A DNA stretch of 64,000 nucleotides from Bacteroidia bacterium (GCA_025454955.1 JALONL010000026.1:24-64023); one strand, 5' to 3'; counted from the stretch's first letter, positions 49,701 through 58,766 are shown. A program made the numbers and translations. The notes: generated by a model from the letters alone, not told the origin.

Positions 49701-51207
49701 AACAGGCACGGGCATAGTGGTACAAAACACCTCATCCGTTCCGGTATTTTTGAATATCAGCAATAACGATACGATCAGCAGTTTTGCTTTAGGTATTAAT
49801 CTTATCAATATTACAAATGCAGCAAATAATCAGGCATTAGTGGTGTTGAATAAGGTACTATTTACAAAACCCAAAGTGAACTACTTTAGCCAACTGCACT
49901 ACGGTATTGGTGTTACCAACTGCACACAGATTAAAGTTGATACAAACATTGTTCGTCGTACTTCTCCAGTTGCTTGGAACACTTCTGATTTACCGGCACA
50001 AGCAACCAATTTACGCGGGGTGTACATTACCAATTCCGGGGGCTGCATTATCTCAGATAATACATTCTCAGATTTAGGTGAGGGTGTTCATGCAAACGGT
50101 ACTTTACCGGCTACCTATTTTGTTTGTAATGAACTGCTGAACAGTTTCAGGGCGTTCATGTTTTCTGGTAGTACTGCCGGTTCTGCTTTGCTAAACGATC
50201 AGTTGACGTTTCAGAATAACACGTACCCAACAGGAAATAATTTTGTAGGTTCAATAAATTCTGATTTAGCGGGTTCTATTCGGTCGGTAACTAATACTCT
50301 TAATGGTATTAATTGGTACTATTCAGGAGTAATGCCAAGTTCAGGCTCTTTGCTTTTTGGTAGTTTAGCAAATTCAACGAATACCCCTGTAATGAGTAAT
50401 AATGGTTCGCAATGTGCAAATGGTCAATTTTTCGTAGTATCACCGGTTGATGAGCGTGATAAATTAGCCGGAACTCAAATTGCTCTTAGTTCAGATGCTC
50501 AGGCCGATGAACTGACAAAGCAAATGGCGGCAAAAGATGCACACCGGTTACTTTTGGAACATCCCGACTGGTTAAATTTGAATACCGCACAGGACGGGGA
50601 TTATTCAGATTTTTACCAGTTGGCTGATTCTTCTGAAATTGGTGTAACCAATCACACAGAAAAGGCTGCGGTTAACGATCTTGATACGTTGGCGATCACA
50701 TTAAATACTGATCTTTCCGGCAGTTTGGAATTAACGGAAATACACAAAGTTGTTTTCCAAATCTATAACCAAACCTGGCTTTTAGATACGGTTGGAATTT
50801 CTTCACAAGATACCGCCGTACTGTTACCTATTGCATTAATGCACCCGGCACAGGGGGGCGATGCTGTTTATACAGCACGGGTTATGCTTGGTATTACCGT
50901 TGATGATGCAACCGGAAACTATAATTATAGAATGATGCAACAAACTGAGGTTGTAAATTCTGTTGTTGATGTTTACCCTAATCCGGCTGACCAGATCATT
51001 ACAATAACAGGTTTTGCGAATGAAACGGATATTGTTTTGTTTACCCTTTTCGACCTATCAGGTAGAAAAGTGATTGAAAAACAGTTGGTAACAGGCAATG
51101 GAACTGCAACCGTTTATGTCAATGAATTGCAACAGGGGGCGTATTTGTATCAAATCTCTGTTAATGGAGCTTTGACAAAATCGGAACGCCTTGTAATTAC
51201 ACATTAA
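46729..51207 (+). CDS. Large T9SS type A cargo protein (Ig/PKD-like repeats and parallel beta-helix)
   Basis: Signal peptide; ANAGQDQTIC and VNAGNDIDIC Ig-like repeats; Asn-rich beta-helix region; C-terminal VYPNPA...GAYLY...RLVI. Confidence 0.85.
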   Translation: MKKPNQPAAGLIRSLFVLLSILVWSANSKAQNSCSTAVQITAANNGATFQQTNENSWYSFTATTGIQQITIRNHYNNTFPGQVATVAVYSGNCSTLNLLEIQSAPFNPNNPLADTSIIIVIDSLQIGSQYYIKTILKNQDAADYSVTVSTTVLSPCANWDIQTPIYVAPGSSINNYFSLGWFGYFSGQNTFYMAAQVISGNLGITNLRIDWEACDGNFYTANNTISQTLTAGPLTCITGTTTFYLDGNVAANANVGEQLCIKVWVYDLLAQLICEKEFCIEVCADLANAGQDQTICRGECVTLTGENADSFVWYDGSTNQPLDTGLTFTVCPNQTTTYYVIPVSGFTCTAAKDYVTVFVTPVPNVLIVPDFSQICINAEFQLQAITQGTPDPWVWTCSNSSNVINCVTNDCGVISSQTTGTATYTATTYFQDIGCYGSASFTVNPVLPPTVNAGNDIDICLGHPVTLTGSASGVYDQTFWQTNVSPQLCTNCTTVTTTPTPGTQYAVFTVTSSQTECVATDTALINITQLPGVTLVPLLGSNANILCANVAYTVNGAPAGSTIVWTHTANANVSASQSAPNIYSVNWGQSNATTGTVQATVTAPDGCMALLQLPVSISCCSTISSETIIELNNQSSGYLLANIDSLCPNCVVNGNQITQPIAQTIFININGVFTIDAPLMLTGFSEIRMGTNASINIISGSALELRNCTTSTYCGVMWDGIYINGSSTTLKVNTNTMLQQARNAIVSVNGGRYVVSDTRFRDCVKGIWVKPFATAHSGTVQSSVFEMPGTFLPAVPALPASTTKTLAGIEIEQVNGLIVGNASQANFRNTFTGLFKGVFATASNSTILNAEFTNLVATNSVAMSGTAIHCQGLKNIPYLQSITVGGTSANMSCRVNNSRRGVVVNLAHNVNITGNSFTNFNNWFASPAVGIAVNNCQGRTIQIQNNRISNATAANRLPVGINVTDVNGSTVNILNNRLLQCNSAANNYAEQTGTGIVVQNTSSVPVFLNISNNDTISSFALGINLINITNAANNQALVVLNKVLFTKPKVNYFSQLHYGIGVTNCTQIKVDTNIVRRTSPVAWNTSDLPAQATNLRGVYITNSGGCIISDNTFSDLGEGVHANGTLPATYFVCNELLNSFRAFMFSGSTAGSALLNDQLTFQNNTYPTGNNFVGSINSDLAGSIRSVTNTLNGINWYYSGVMPSSGSLLFGSLANSTNTPVMSNNGSQCANGQFFVVSPVDERDKLAGTQIALSSDAQADELTKQMAAKDAHRLLLEHPDWLNLNTAQDGDYSDFYQLADSSEIGVTNHTEKAAVNDLDTLAITLNTDLSGSLELTEIHKVVFQIYNQTWLLDTVGISSQDTAVLLPIALMHPAQGGDAVYTARVMLGITVDDATGNYNYRMMQQTEVVNSVVDVYPNPADQIITITGFANETDIVLFTLFDLSGRKVIEKQLVTGNGTATVYVNELQQGAYLYQISVNGALTKSERLVITH

Positions 51208-51230
51208 CTGAATTATCATTAACTTTAAAT

Positions 51231-51269
51231 AACCGCCGGATAAATCCGTGTATTTATCCGGCGGTTTTT
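51231..51269 (+). terminator. Intrinsic terminator
   Basis: AACCGCCGGATAAAT / ATTTATCCGGCGGTT followed by Ts. Confidence 0.75.
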
Positions 51270-51273
51270 CAAA

Positions 51274-52275
51274 ATGAAAAAAACGATTTTTCTTATCTTT
51301 TTTCTTTTCTTTTCAATAATTCATTACGGGCAAAATTTAGTTAGAAACCCCGGAATGGATAGTATTAACTATTGCCCAACTTTTTTGGGAGATATGGGGG
51401 CGTGTCAGTATTGGATAAATGCAACAGGTAATTCTCCTGATTATTTTCATTTATGCCAACCGGGTTTAGCACCAAACAACTTTTGGGGGTTTTCACAACC
51501 ACACTCAGATAGTGGATATTTAGGGTTCTATTCCTTTACTAATATAACTCCAAATAACAGAGAATATATTGGTGGAACATTAATTTCACCTTTAGACAGT
51601 GGAATAAAATATTGTGTTGAAATGTATCTTTCGTTATGTGATATTTGCGAAGCAGCAGCGGGGCCGATTGGCATTTATTTTTCTGATACGTTGATTAGTT
51701 TGCCTTTAGATTCAGGGGGAGGGAGTTATTTACATTATCTCGAATTTACGCCACAATTAGAATTTGCTGCGGTAACTGATACCGCAAATTGGGTATTAGT
51801 AAATGATACCTTTACAGCAAGCGGGGGGGAATTATATTTTGTTATTGGCAATTTTAGAACAGGGAATACAACAGAAGTTGATACGCTTTATCCTTTTACT
51901 GTTGGTTTTGGCAGCTATTATTATGTGGATGATGTAAGTGTGAAATTTTGCGATGATACTACAATACCACCGCCACCACCGCCGCCAGTTGAGCCGGTAT
52001 CGTCTATTTCAATTCCCAATATTTTTACTCCAAACGGGGACAATATAAACGATGATTTCAGAATATTGTCCGAGCATCTTTCTACATACAATTTAGAAAT
52101 ATATAATCGGTGGGGGGTTCAGGTGTTTACAACAAACTTTACCGGGCAATTTTGGGACGGGCGCACAACATCAGGTAGTGAATGTTCAGACGGGACATAT
52201 TACTATATTATCCGGGCAACAGGAGTAGATAATAAAGAGTATTTGCTAAAAGGGTTTGTTACCCTAATACGGTAA
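51274..52275 (+). CDS. T9SS type B (gliding-motility-associated CTD) protein
   Basis: QNLVRNP N-domain, poly-Pro linker, IPNIFTPNGDNIND.F...IYNRWG...WDG...GTYYY...GFVTLIR. Confidence 0.88.
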   Translation: MKKTIFLIFFLFFSIIHYGQNLVRNPGMDSINYCPTFLGDMGACQYWINATGNSPDYFHLCQPGLAPNNFWGFSQPHSDSGYLGFYSFTNITPNNREYIGGTLISPLDSGIKYCVEMYLSLCDICEAAAGPIGIYFSDTLISLPLDSGGGSYLHYLEFTPQLEFAAVTDTANWVLVNDTFTASGGELYFVIGNFRTGNTTEVDTLYPFTVGFGSYYYVDDVSVKFCDDTTIPPPPPPPVEPVSSISIPNIFTPNGDNINDDFRILSEHLSTYNLEIYNRWGVQVFTTNFTGQFWDGRTTSGSECSDGTYYYIIRATGVDNKEYLLKGFVTLIR

Positions 52276-52286
52276 TCTCAAATTAT

Positions 52287-53503
52287 GAGCATCTCTAAAA
52301 ACTCTGCAACACTTGCAAATACTGTAAAAAGGACAGATTTTTGCACATGAAAAATTTATTCGCAGAAGAATTTCGCTACGATAAGCTAAGTAAGCAAGGT
52401 GATCCACTTGAAAAACTCGCCCAAAGTGTCAACTTCGAGCATTTTCGCCCGGTTCTTTTGCACGCACAGTCTAAGAATGAAGCTTTGTCCACCAAAGGAG
52501 GTCGCCCTTCATACGATGTAGTGTTGATGTTCAAGATCTTGATCTTGCAACGCCTATACAACCTGAGCGACGATCAGACAGAGTATGCAATTTTAGATCG
52601 GCTGAGTTTTATGCGTTTTCTAAATCTTGGCATGGAAAGCAGGATTCCCGATTCCAAGACAATTTGGGCATTCCGCGATCAACTTACCCAAGCCAACGCG
52701 ATAGAAAACTTGTTCTTCGCATTAGATCGCCTTTTGGCAGAAAACAGTTTGATTGTGGGCAAAGGGAGTATGATTGATGCCACGATTACCGAAGCTCCGA
52801 TACAACGCAATACACAAGAAGAAAACGAACAGATTAAGAACGATCAGACACCCGAATCATGGAAAGATAACCGGCACAAGTGCAGCCAGAAAGATGTAGA
52901 TGCACGCTGGGTAAAGCATAATAATAAGAGCCATTACGGTTATAAGAATCATGTAAAAGTAGATACGAAAAGCAAATTGATTACTGCTTATGTAGCCACC
53001 GCGGCCAGCGTACATGACAGTCAGGTATTAGATCAATTATTGAACGAAAATGACAGAGGTAAACCTTTGCACGCCGATTCGGCATACAGTGGAGAGCCTG
53101 CGCAGGAAATATTAAACAAGTATGGCGTTCGTTCGCAGGTGCATAGAAAGGCTAATCGTGGTACTTCGCTTGCGCGATGGGAAAAGGTGTGTAACCGCTA
53201 CAAGTCGAAAGTGCGGGCTCGTGTAGAGCATGTGTTCGCTTTTATGACTAACTCTATGAATGGTATTTATGTTCGGGCAAGAAGCCTCAAACGCAATGCG
53301 GCTTGTATTGGATTGATGAACATTACTTACAATATGATGCGGGTGGTTCAGTTAAAAAAGGCCATTTAGTGGGAGAAGTGTGTCCTGACGGTAAAAATTG
53401 AGTACTAAAATCAGCTTTTATAGTCCTTTTTGTTCAACAAAACATCAATACAGAAATCATGCGTTGTTGGATCGTGCGAAAAACTGGGTTTTTAGAGATG
53501 CCC
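52287..53503 (+). mobile_element. IS5-family insertion sequence nested in the large element
   Basis: IRs GAGCATCTCTAAAAAC and GTTTTTAGAGATGCCC (15/16 match); TTAT duplicated at 52283..52286 and 53504..53507; 1217 bp. Confidence 0.92.
52347..53369 (+). CDS. IS5-family transposase
   Basis: GGRPSYD..LMFK, YNLSD, IDAT, KDVDARW, YGYKNH, ADSAY, RARVEHVF. Confidence 0.93.
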   Translation: MKNLFAEEFRYDKLSKQGDPLEKLAQSVNFEHFRPVLLHAQSKNEALSTKGGRPSYDVVLMFKILILQRLYNLSDDQTEYAILDRLSFMRFLNLGMESRIPDSKTIWAFRDQLTQANAIENLFFALDRLLAENSLIVGKGSMIDATITEAPIQRNTQEENEQIKNDQTPESWKDNRHKCSQKDVDARWVKHNNKSHYGYKNHVKVDTKSKLITAYVATAASVHDSQVLDQLLNENDRGKPLHADSAYSGEPAQEILNKYGVRSQVHRKANRGTSLARWEKVCNRYKSKVRARVEHVFAFMTNSMNGIYVRARSLKRNAACIGLMNITYNMMRVVQLKKAI

Positions 53504-53571
53504 TTATGACTTTCAACAATGAACGCGAAAGATAAATTATAGTTATTCATTTATATGCAATAATGTTATTA

Positions 53572-54015
53572 TCAAGGATATAAAGTTAGCTTACCTTCAC
53601 AAGCAACTCTATTTCCATTTACTTTAACAGCACCTAATCTTAAAACATCTTCCTTTCTCGAAAACGTGTTTTCTTTACATTCAACTGTATTAAACTCAAA
53701 ATCTTTAATTTCAAATTGTTGCCCACTGGCTGTAATTATCAAATAATTATTTCCGGCTGTTAAATATTGTTGTAATGTCACTGTTAATCTCTGATCGTAA
53801 CCCAGTTGTGAACTAATCATATCAGCAGTAATATATACAGTGTCTGCATTATTCATCTGATCTGTTTTGATAATAATAGAACTATCTATACTACTACGCG
53901 AATAGCCATTGAATAAAAGTGAACGGATTTCTGCCGGTAAATCACAACTTCTGTTGGTACAAAATTGGAACAGAAATACTATCGTTAATGAAATTAGTAT
54001 AAATGCAGCTTTCAT
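53572..54015 (-). CDS. Hypothetical exported protein or lipoprotein
   Basis: Hydrophobic N-terminus followed by Cys; AT-rich. Confidence 0.6.
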   Translation of the reverse strand: MKAAFILISLTIVFLFQFCTNRSCDLPAEIRSLLFNGYSRSSIDSSIIIKTDQMNNADTVYITADMISSQLGYDQRLTVTLQQYLTAGNNYLIITASGQQFEIKDFEFNTVECKENTFSRKEDVLRLGAVKVNGNRVACEGKLTLYP

Positions 54016-54121
54016 TTTTAGCAATATGTGAGTTAATTAAATTTATACATAAAAAGCACAATTACCTAATTTTTAGATAATGCTCCTTTTTTAAAATAAA
54101 GTCGATTAAGATGTTTTTTAG

Positions 54122-54251
54122 TTGCCTTTAACCCTGCGGATAATTTCTAAGGTTTAAAATTAAAATAAATACCTGATTTACAGGGCTAAAAAATAGACCT
54201 GCGATTTTTCAGCCTAATTTTGCAGGAAATTTTGAATCTGCGGATTTTGGG
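54122..54251 (-). repeat. Right terminal inverted repeat with subterminal boxes
   Basis: Reverse complement reads CCCAAAATCCGCA...GCTGAAAAATCGCAGGTCT...ATCCGCAGGGTTAAAGGCAA. Confidence 0.9.
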
Positions 54252-54294
54252 GAAGCGGCTTTTTCTTTCCCCGGCTTTTATAACTTTGGCAGAA

Positions 54295-56400
54295 ATGCCA
54301 TCAGTGAATCGCTTTCCATTTCGTGTTCAAATAAGGGTGCTGCTCCTTGTGCTGTTTCCTTTGGCCGCTGCGGCACAAAAAACCGACAGTCTTGAACGTC
54401 TCATTGCAGGTAACGCCCCCGACACGGTGCGCATGGAAGCCTGGGTGCAATTGGTGCGGGCACTTTCAGTGAGCGATGCAAAACTTACGGCAAGCAAGGG
54501 AAGGCAGGCCATAGAATTTGCCCGCCAAACCGGCGACGAAAAACGCGAAGCCTGGGTGCTTAATTACATGGGCGGGGCCTACTACTACGCCAGCCGCTAC
54601 GACAGTTCGCTGTACTACCACGAACAGGCACTGACCATCAGAAAACGCATCGACGACTGGAAAGGGCTGGGCGCTTCGTACAACAACATCGGGCAGATTT
54701 ACGACGATCAGGGACGCAAGGAAATTGCGCTCGACTATTACCTCCGCTCGCTCGATTACATGAAGAAAACAAATTACCAGCGCGGTTTGGGCATTGTATA
54801 TAACAGTTTGGGTAATTTGTATTACTACCAGAAAGATTACAACAAATCGCTTTTTTACTTCTCCCAAGGATTAACACTTTCGGAAGCGGCCGACGATGAT
54901 TTCGGGCGGATGAATTCATACAACAACATTGGCCTGATCTGGAAAGAAATGGGCGATGCCGCAAAAGCACTCATGTATTACCGTCAGGGCCTGCAAATTG
55001 CCATAAAGAACGATTACACCACCAACATGCCCACCATGTACAACAACATTGGTGAAATTTACATGGAACGCGGCAAAAACGACTCGGCACTGTTTTGTTT
55101 CCGAAAGGCATACACCATTGCTTCCGAAACCGACGACGAGGTAAATATGGTAAGTCCGCTGGGCAATATGGGCACGCTTCTCCACAAAACAGGCCGCAGC
55201 GATACGGCCGAAGTATGCTTCCAGCGCGCGCTGCAACTCAGCCGCAAAAACGAACTGCTCGATTACCAGCAGGGCATTCTGTCGCGGCTGGCTAATCTTA
55301 ATGCCAGCAACGGAAATTTCGAAAAGGCCTATTTCTACCAGCAGTCGTATGATTCGGTGAGTCAGTTGCTGTTTAACCGGCAGCGCGAGGAGCAGATGCA
55401 AAACATGCAGGTGCGCTACGATACCGAGGCCATTAAGAAAGAAAGTCAGCTCACCCGCGAGCGTCTGGCCCAGAGCGAACGCGAGCGCTGGTATTTGGCC
55501 GCAGTGGCGCTGGCCGTGCTGCTGGCTGCCGTGGCCGCAGTGTTTGCCTGGCTGCGCACACGCAAGCTGAACAAAAAACTGGATGCACAGCACAACAACA
55601 TCCTGCGCATAAACAACGACCTCGAAACACAGCGCGAAATAATTGCCACACAAAACCGCGAACTCACCGACAGCATAAACTACGCCCAGCGCATACAACA
55701 GGCCCTGCTGCCCGACGCTGCCGAAGTAAAACGCCTGCTGCCACACGGCTTCGTGTTTTTCCGTCCCCGCGACATTGTAAGCGGCGACTTCTACTACCTC
55801 GCCGGCAGCCCCGACGATTGCTACATAGTAGTGGCCGACTGCACCGGACACGGTGTACCGGGCGCGCTCATGAGCATGATAGGCATGGAAGAGCTCATTA
55901 CGCACCTGCGCCCCGGCCGCGCCCCCGGCGAAATTCTGGGCGATATAAACCGCGCCGTGCGCAGCCTTCTCAAACAAAACAACACCGAAACCGGCGCGCA
56001 GGACGGCATGGACATTGCCATTTGCCGCTACCAGCCCGCACATCAGCTTGTGGAATTTGCCGGCGCACACCGCCCGCTCTGGATTGTACACCAGCAAGAA
56101 ATCATCGAACTGAAACCCACCAAAGCCTCCATTGGCGGATTCACGCCCGACGATCAGGAGTTTGCCACCACACGCTTTACGCTGCAGCCCGGCATGAAAG
56201 CCTATCTTTTCTCCGATGGCATTGTAGATCAGTTTGGCGGCTCCGAAGGCAAAAAACTCATGAACAAACGCCTGCGCGAAATGCTTGTTGAAATAAGCAG
56301 CCTCGCCCCCGATCAGCGCCACACGCAGCTTGCAAACTCCATTACCGAATGGCAGCAGCAGTATGCGCAGGTGGATGATATGCTCATGATCGGGTTTTGA
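54295..56400 (+). CDS. TPR-repeat membrane sensor with SpoIIE/PP2C phosphatase domain
   Basis: Repeated YNNIG TPRs, a TM, then VSGDFY, VADCTGHGVPGA, DGMD, SDG.VDQFGG and QVDD. TAACTTTG promoter box at 54281. Confidence 0.9.
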   Translation: MPSVNRFPFRVQIRVLLLVLFPLAAAAQKTDSLERLIAGNAPDTVRMEAWVQLVRALSVSDAKLTASKGRQAIEFARQTGDEKREAWVLNYMGGAYYYASRYDSSLYYHEQALTIRKRIDDWKGLGASYNNIGQIYDDQGRKEIALDYYLRSLDYMKKTNYQRGLGIVYNSLGNLYYYQKDYNKSLFYFSQGLTLSEAADDDFGRMNSYNNIGLIWKEMGDAAKALMYYRQGLQIAIKNDYTTNMPTMYNNIGEIYMERGKNDSALFCFRKAYTIASETDDEVNMVSPLGNMGTLLHKTGRSDTAEVCFQRALQLSRKNELLDYQQGILSRLANLNASNGNFEKAYFYQQSYDSVSQLLFNRQREEQMQNMQVRYDTEAIKKESQLTRERLAQSERERWYLAAVALAVLLAAVAAVFAWLRTRKLNKKLDAQHNNILRINNDLETQREIIATQNRELTDSINYAQRIQQALLPDAAEVKRLLPHGFVFFRPRDIVSGDFYYLAGSPDDCYIVVADCTGHGVPGALMSMIGMEELITHLRPGRAPGEILGDINRAVRSLLKQNNTETGAQDGMDIAICRYQPAHQLVEFAGAHRPLWIVHQQEIIELKPTKASIGGFTPDDQEFATTRFTLQPGMKAYLFSDGIVDQFGGSEGKKLMNKRLREMLVEISSLAPDQRHTQLANSITEWQQQYAQVDDMLMIGF

Positions 56401-56416
56401 TTCTTGCTGAAAGCGC

Positions 56417-56878
56417 ATGATTCCGGCACACATACAGCAAACCCTTGAGCAGATGCGCCAGGAAATAAACTGGCACAACTGGCGTTCGGGCGAAATTATG
56501 CTCGAAGTAATTGAACGGCCTGCGCAGTTGCATACGTTTGATGAACTGTTTGCACATCTCTCTGCGGAATGTGGAATTGACCGCCATCCCGACAAGGAAA
56601 AATTTTATGCGCACACGCGGGATGAAGCGATGAATGCGATTAATTACGGGTTATCAATCAAAGCGAATTATACCCTTTTAGATTATCCGTTTGAGGATTA
56701 TCAGCGCAAATTGCTTGCGCAGCAATTCTTTTCTCTTTTCGTAAAGCCTGTATATTTTGCTATCGGGACCGAACTGAAACAAAAGAGAAAAGTATTTGCC
56801 GATTTCACCAATCAGCACGGCACATTTGCCGCAGATGATGCGCACATCGGTGTTTTCTGGATTTATGATGTGTATTGA
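56417..56878 (+). CDS. Hypothetical protein
   Basis: 153-aa ORF immediately downstream in the same orientation. Confidence 0.6.
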   Translation: MIPAHIQQTLEQMRQEINWHNWRSGEIMLEVIERPAQLHTFDELFAHLSAECGIDRHPDKEKFYAHTRDEAMNAINYGLSIKANYTLLDYPFEDYQRKLLAQQFFSLFVKPVYFAIGTELKQKRKVFADFTNQHGTFAADDAHIGVFWIYDVY

Positions 56879-56881
56879 GTT

Positions 56882-58231
56882 TTACTCCCGCGGCTGCGCT
56901 TTAGCCCAATCTAAAATTCCATTGTAATAAGCCATTGCCACCTGAAAGGTGCGCGACTCCGGCCCCGGATTGGGTGTTTGCGCGGCCTGCATAAGCAGTT
57001 TGCATTCCTGCGCATTGTCCTGGTACAATGTTTCGCCATACACCAATGTGCCCTGCACCAATCGGCAGAGTGAGAGGTTGCGGCAATACACGCCGGGCTG
57101 GCCGGTGGCGTGGCTGCTGCTTTGCAGGTAGGTGGCATCGCGCGGGGTGGCCAGCGGTACGTTCAGTTCCGATTCCATGCGGCGGGTTACTGCGCCGGAG
57201 AAGGTGATACTGTTTATGAGTTCGTCGGTGAGCATGAGGCGCAGGAAGTCGAAACGTTTTTCGCTGTCGGCCAGTTCGCCGCTGTGGAAACTGCCGCCGG
57301 TGAAGGCCATGCTGTAATTGCGCGGGGTGGTGCGCTTCCAGTCGGTGTTGGTTTCGTCCACGTTGTAGTGGATAATTACGGTAAGGTCGGGACGAAATGC
57401 GTTGATGAGTTCGGCACGTTTGCGCAGTTCGGCATCGCGGAAGACGAAGCGGAAAATGAGGCGGTCGTCGTTGGCCAGGCGCGGATTGAGGAGTTTTTTC
57501 AGGTTGGCATCATCGGGCCGCAGGATGAACAGCGAGTCGCGTGTGCGTTGGTAATCGTCTTTTTTCCACTGCTCGTAAGTTTTGCCGAACGCCGTGGTGC
57601 CGTATTGCCGGGTAAACATTACTTCGGCACCGGCGCTGCGCAGTTGCTGGGCCAGCAGGGTGGCTGTTTGCCAGGTTAGCTGCGATTCGAAGAAATTGAT
57701 GCGCACACTGTCGGGGCCATTGCCGGCTACTTTAAAGTCGAGGTATTTATCTTCCACGCGGCTGCTGGCCGAGTCGTGCGCAAAATGCCCGGGGTCGAGT
57801 GCAATACGCAGTCCGTTGAGTGGCAATGTGGACGAGGGCGCAAAATCGCCGTGGCTGTGTGTGCCAAGCTGGTAATAGGTTTTGGTGATTTCGGGCGGAA
57901 ACGGGCCGTTTCCTTTTTCGAGCAAAATGCGCCGTGCTTCTTCGCGCGGGGCGTGTGCGAGAATGGCTTTGTAAATGGGCAGCTCGTTCCAGCTTACCCG
58001 GTATTCGGGCCTGTCGGCGGCTCTGGCAGCGGCATCGGCGTATATGTACACGCCAAACAGGTCTATTTTATAATGTGTGCCCAGCGCCCCGCTACGGTCG
58101 AGCAAAAGCTGTGTGCGTTGCGTGTAATGCTTCATTAAACTGTCGGCCCCGAATATGGGCATTTGTGCGCGGAGCATATTGCAGGCCGCAGCCGCAAGAA
58201 AGCAAAACGTAATGTAAAAGCGTGTGTGCAT
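56882..58231 (-). CDS. N-acetylmuramoyl-L-alanine amidase (Amidase_3)
   Basis: IALDPGH, GAEVMFTR, R...IN...PDL.VIIHYN, YGE; signal peptide. Confidence 0.82.
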   Translation of the reverse strand: MHTRFYITFCFLAAAACNMLRAQMPIFGADSLMKHYTQRTQLLLDRSGALGTHYKIDLFGVYIYADAAARAADRPEYRVSWNELPIYKAILAHAPREEARRILLEKGNGPFPPEITKTYYQLGTHSHGDFAPSSTLPLNGLRIALDPGHFAHDSASSRVEDKYLDFKVAGNGPDSVRINFFESQLTWQTATLLAQQLRSAGAEVMFTRQYGTTAFGKTYEQWKKDDYQRTRDSLFILRPDDANLKKLLNPRLANDDRLIFRFVFRDAELRKRAELINAFRPDLTVIIHYNVDETNTDWKRTTPRNYSMAFTGGSFHSGELADSEKRFDFLRLMLTDELINSITFSGAVTRRMESELNVPLATPRDATYLQSSSHATGQPGVYCRNLSLCRLVQGTLVYGETLYQDNAQECKLLMQAAQTPNPGPESRTFQVAMAYYNGILDWAKAQPRE

Positions 58232-58286
58232 AATTTATCGTAAGCTGGTCTGAAACAATCGTGCCGTTTTGGAATTTGTGTAAAAC

Positions 58287-58706
58287 TCAGGTTCGTTTCG
58301 GTTGCCTGTATTTGCATTTGCCCGTACAGCGTCCGTTGTGATATTCGCGTATAATGCTGCGGCGGCCGTCGCAACGGCTTTTCTCGAAGCGGATGCGTTT
58401 GCCCTGGCTGTAACTGGTGCGTTTCATGCGTAAATCGCGGCAGGGACGGCCTTCGCGGGTAAACTGGCGGACTAATTTATACGCTTCGGTTTTGTGCCCG
58501 GTGGAGTCGTAACTGATGCGTATAATTTTTTCCTTTTTGTACGGGCTCCCCGGATCGGGATGGCGGCGCGTGGTGGTGTATGTGGTGGTGCGTGTTTTGA
58601 GTGTGCCGTTGGCATGACGCGTTTCATCGGTTTTGTGTACGGTGCGCAGTTGCGCATGAAGCGGAAAGGCTGCACAAAGCAAAAGCAGTATGAACGTGAT
58701 TCTCAC
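58287..58706 (-). CDS. Hypothetical exported protein
   Basis: Signal peptide and a basic beta-hairpin-repeat-like body. Confidence 0.55.
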   Translation of the reverse strand: MRITFILLLLCAAFPLHAQLRTVHKTDETRHANGTLKTRTTTYTTTRRHPDPGSPYKKEKIIRISYDSTGHKTEAYKLVRQFTREGRPCRDLRMKRTSYSQGKRIRFEKSRCDGRRSIIREYHNGRCTGKCKYRQPKRT

Positions 58707-58766
58707 GCCGTAAAGATAAGTATTGACTGTTGCAATGCCAGACCGCGGTACTTACCTTTGTGTATT

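Larger units (their letters stand above)
28751..54251. mobile_element. 25.5-kb IS1380-transposase-bearing, virus-like transposon
   Basis: TIRs CCCAAAATCCGCA (28751..28763) and TGCGGATTTTGGG (54239..54251). GAAGC duplicated at 28746..28750 and 54252..54256. The empty site re-forms a terminator hairpin. Interior is AT-richer than the flanks. Confidence 0.93.

Noticed and set aside
28751-53503. Composite transposon formed by the IS1380 and IS5 transposases
   Set aside because: The IS5 has its own IRs and TTAT duplication and lies wholly inside the outer TIRs, so it is a separate nested insertion.
54220-54294. N-terminal extension of the TPR-SpoIIE ORF
   Set aside because: It runs through the right TIR and target duplication; a -7 promoter box at 54281 supports the ATG at 54295.
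54916-56595. Long antisense ORFs (54916..56595, 21770..23068, 25516..26604, 16594..17487)
   Set aside because: They are shadow frames opposite well-supported genes in GC-rich DNA and show no protein motifs.
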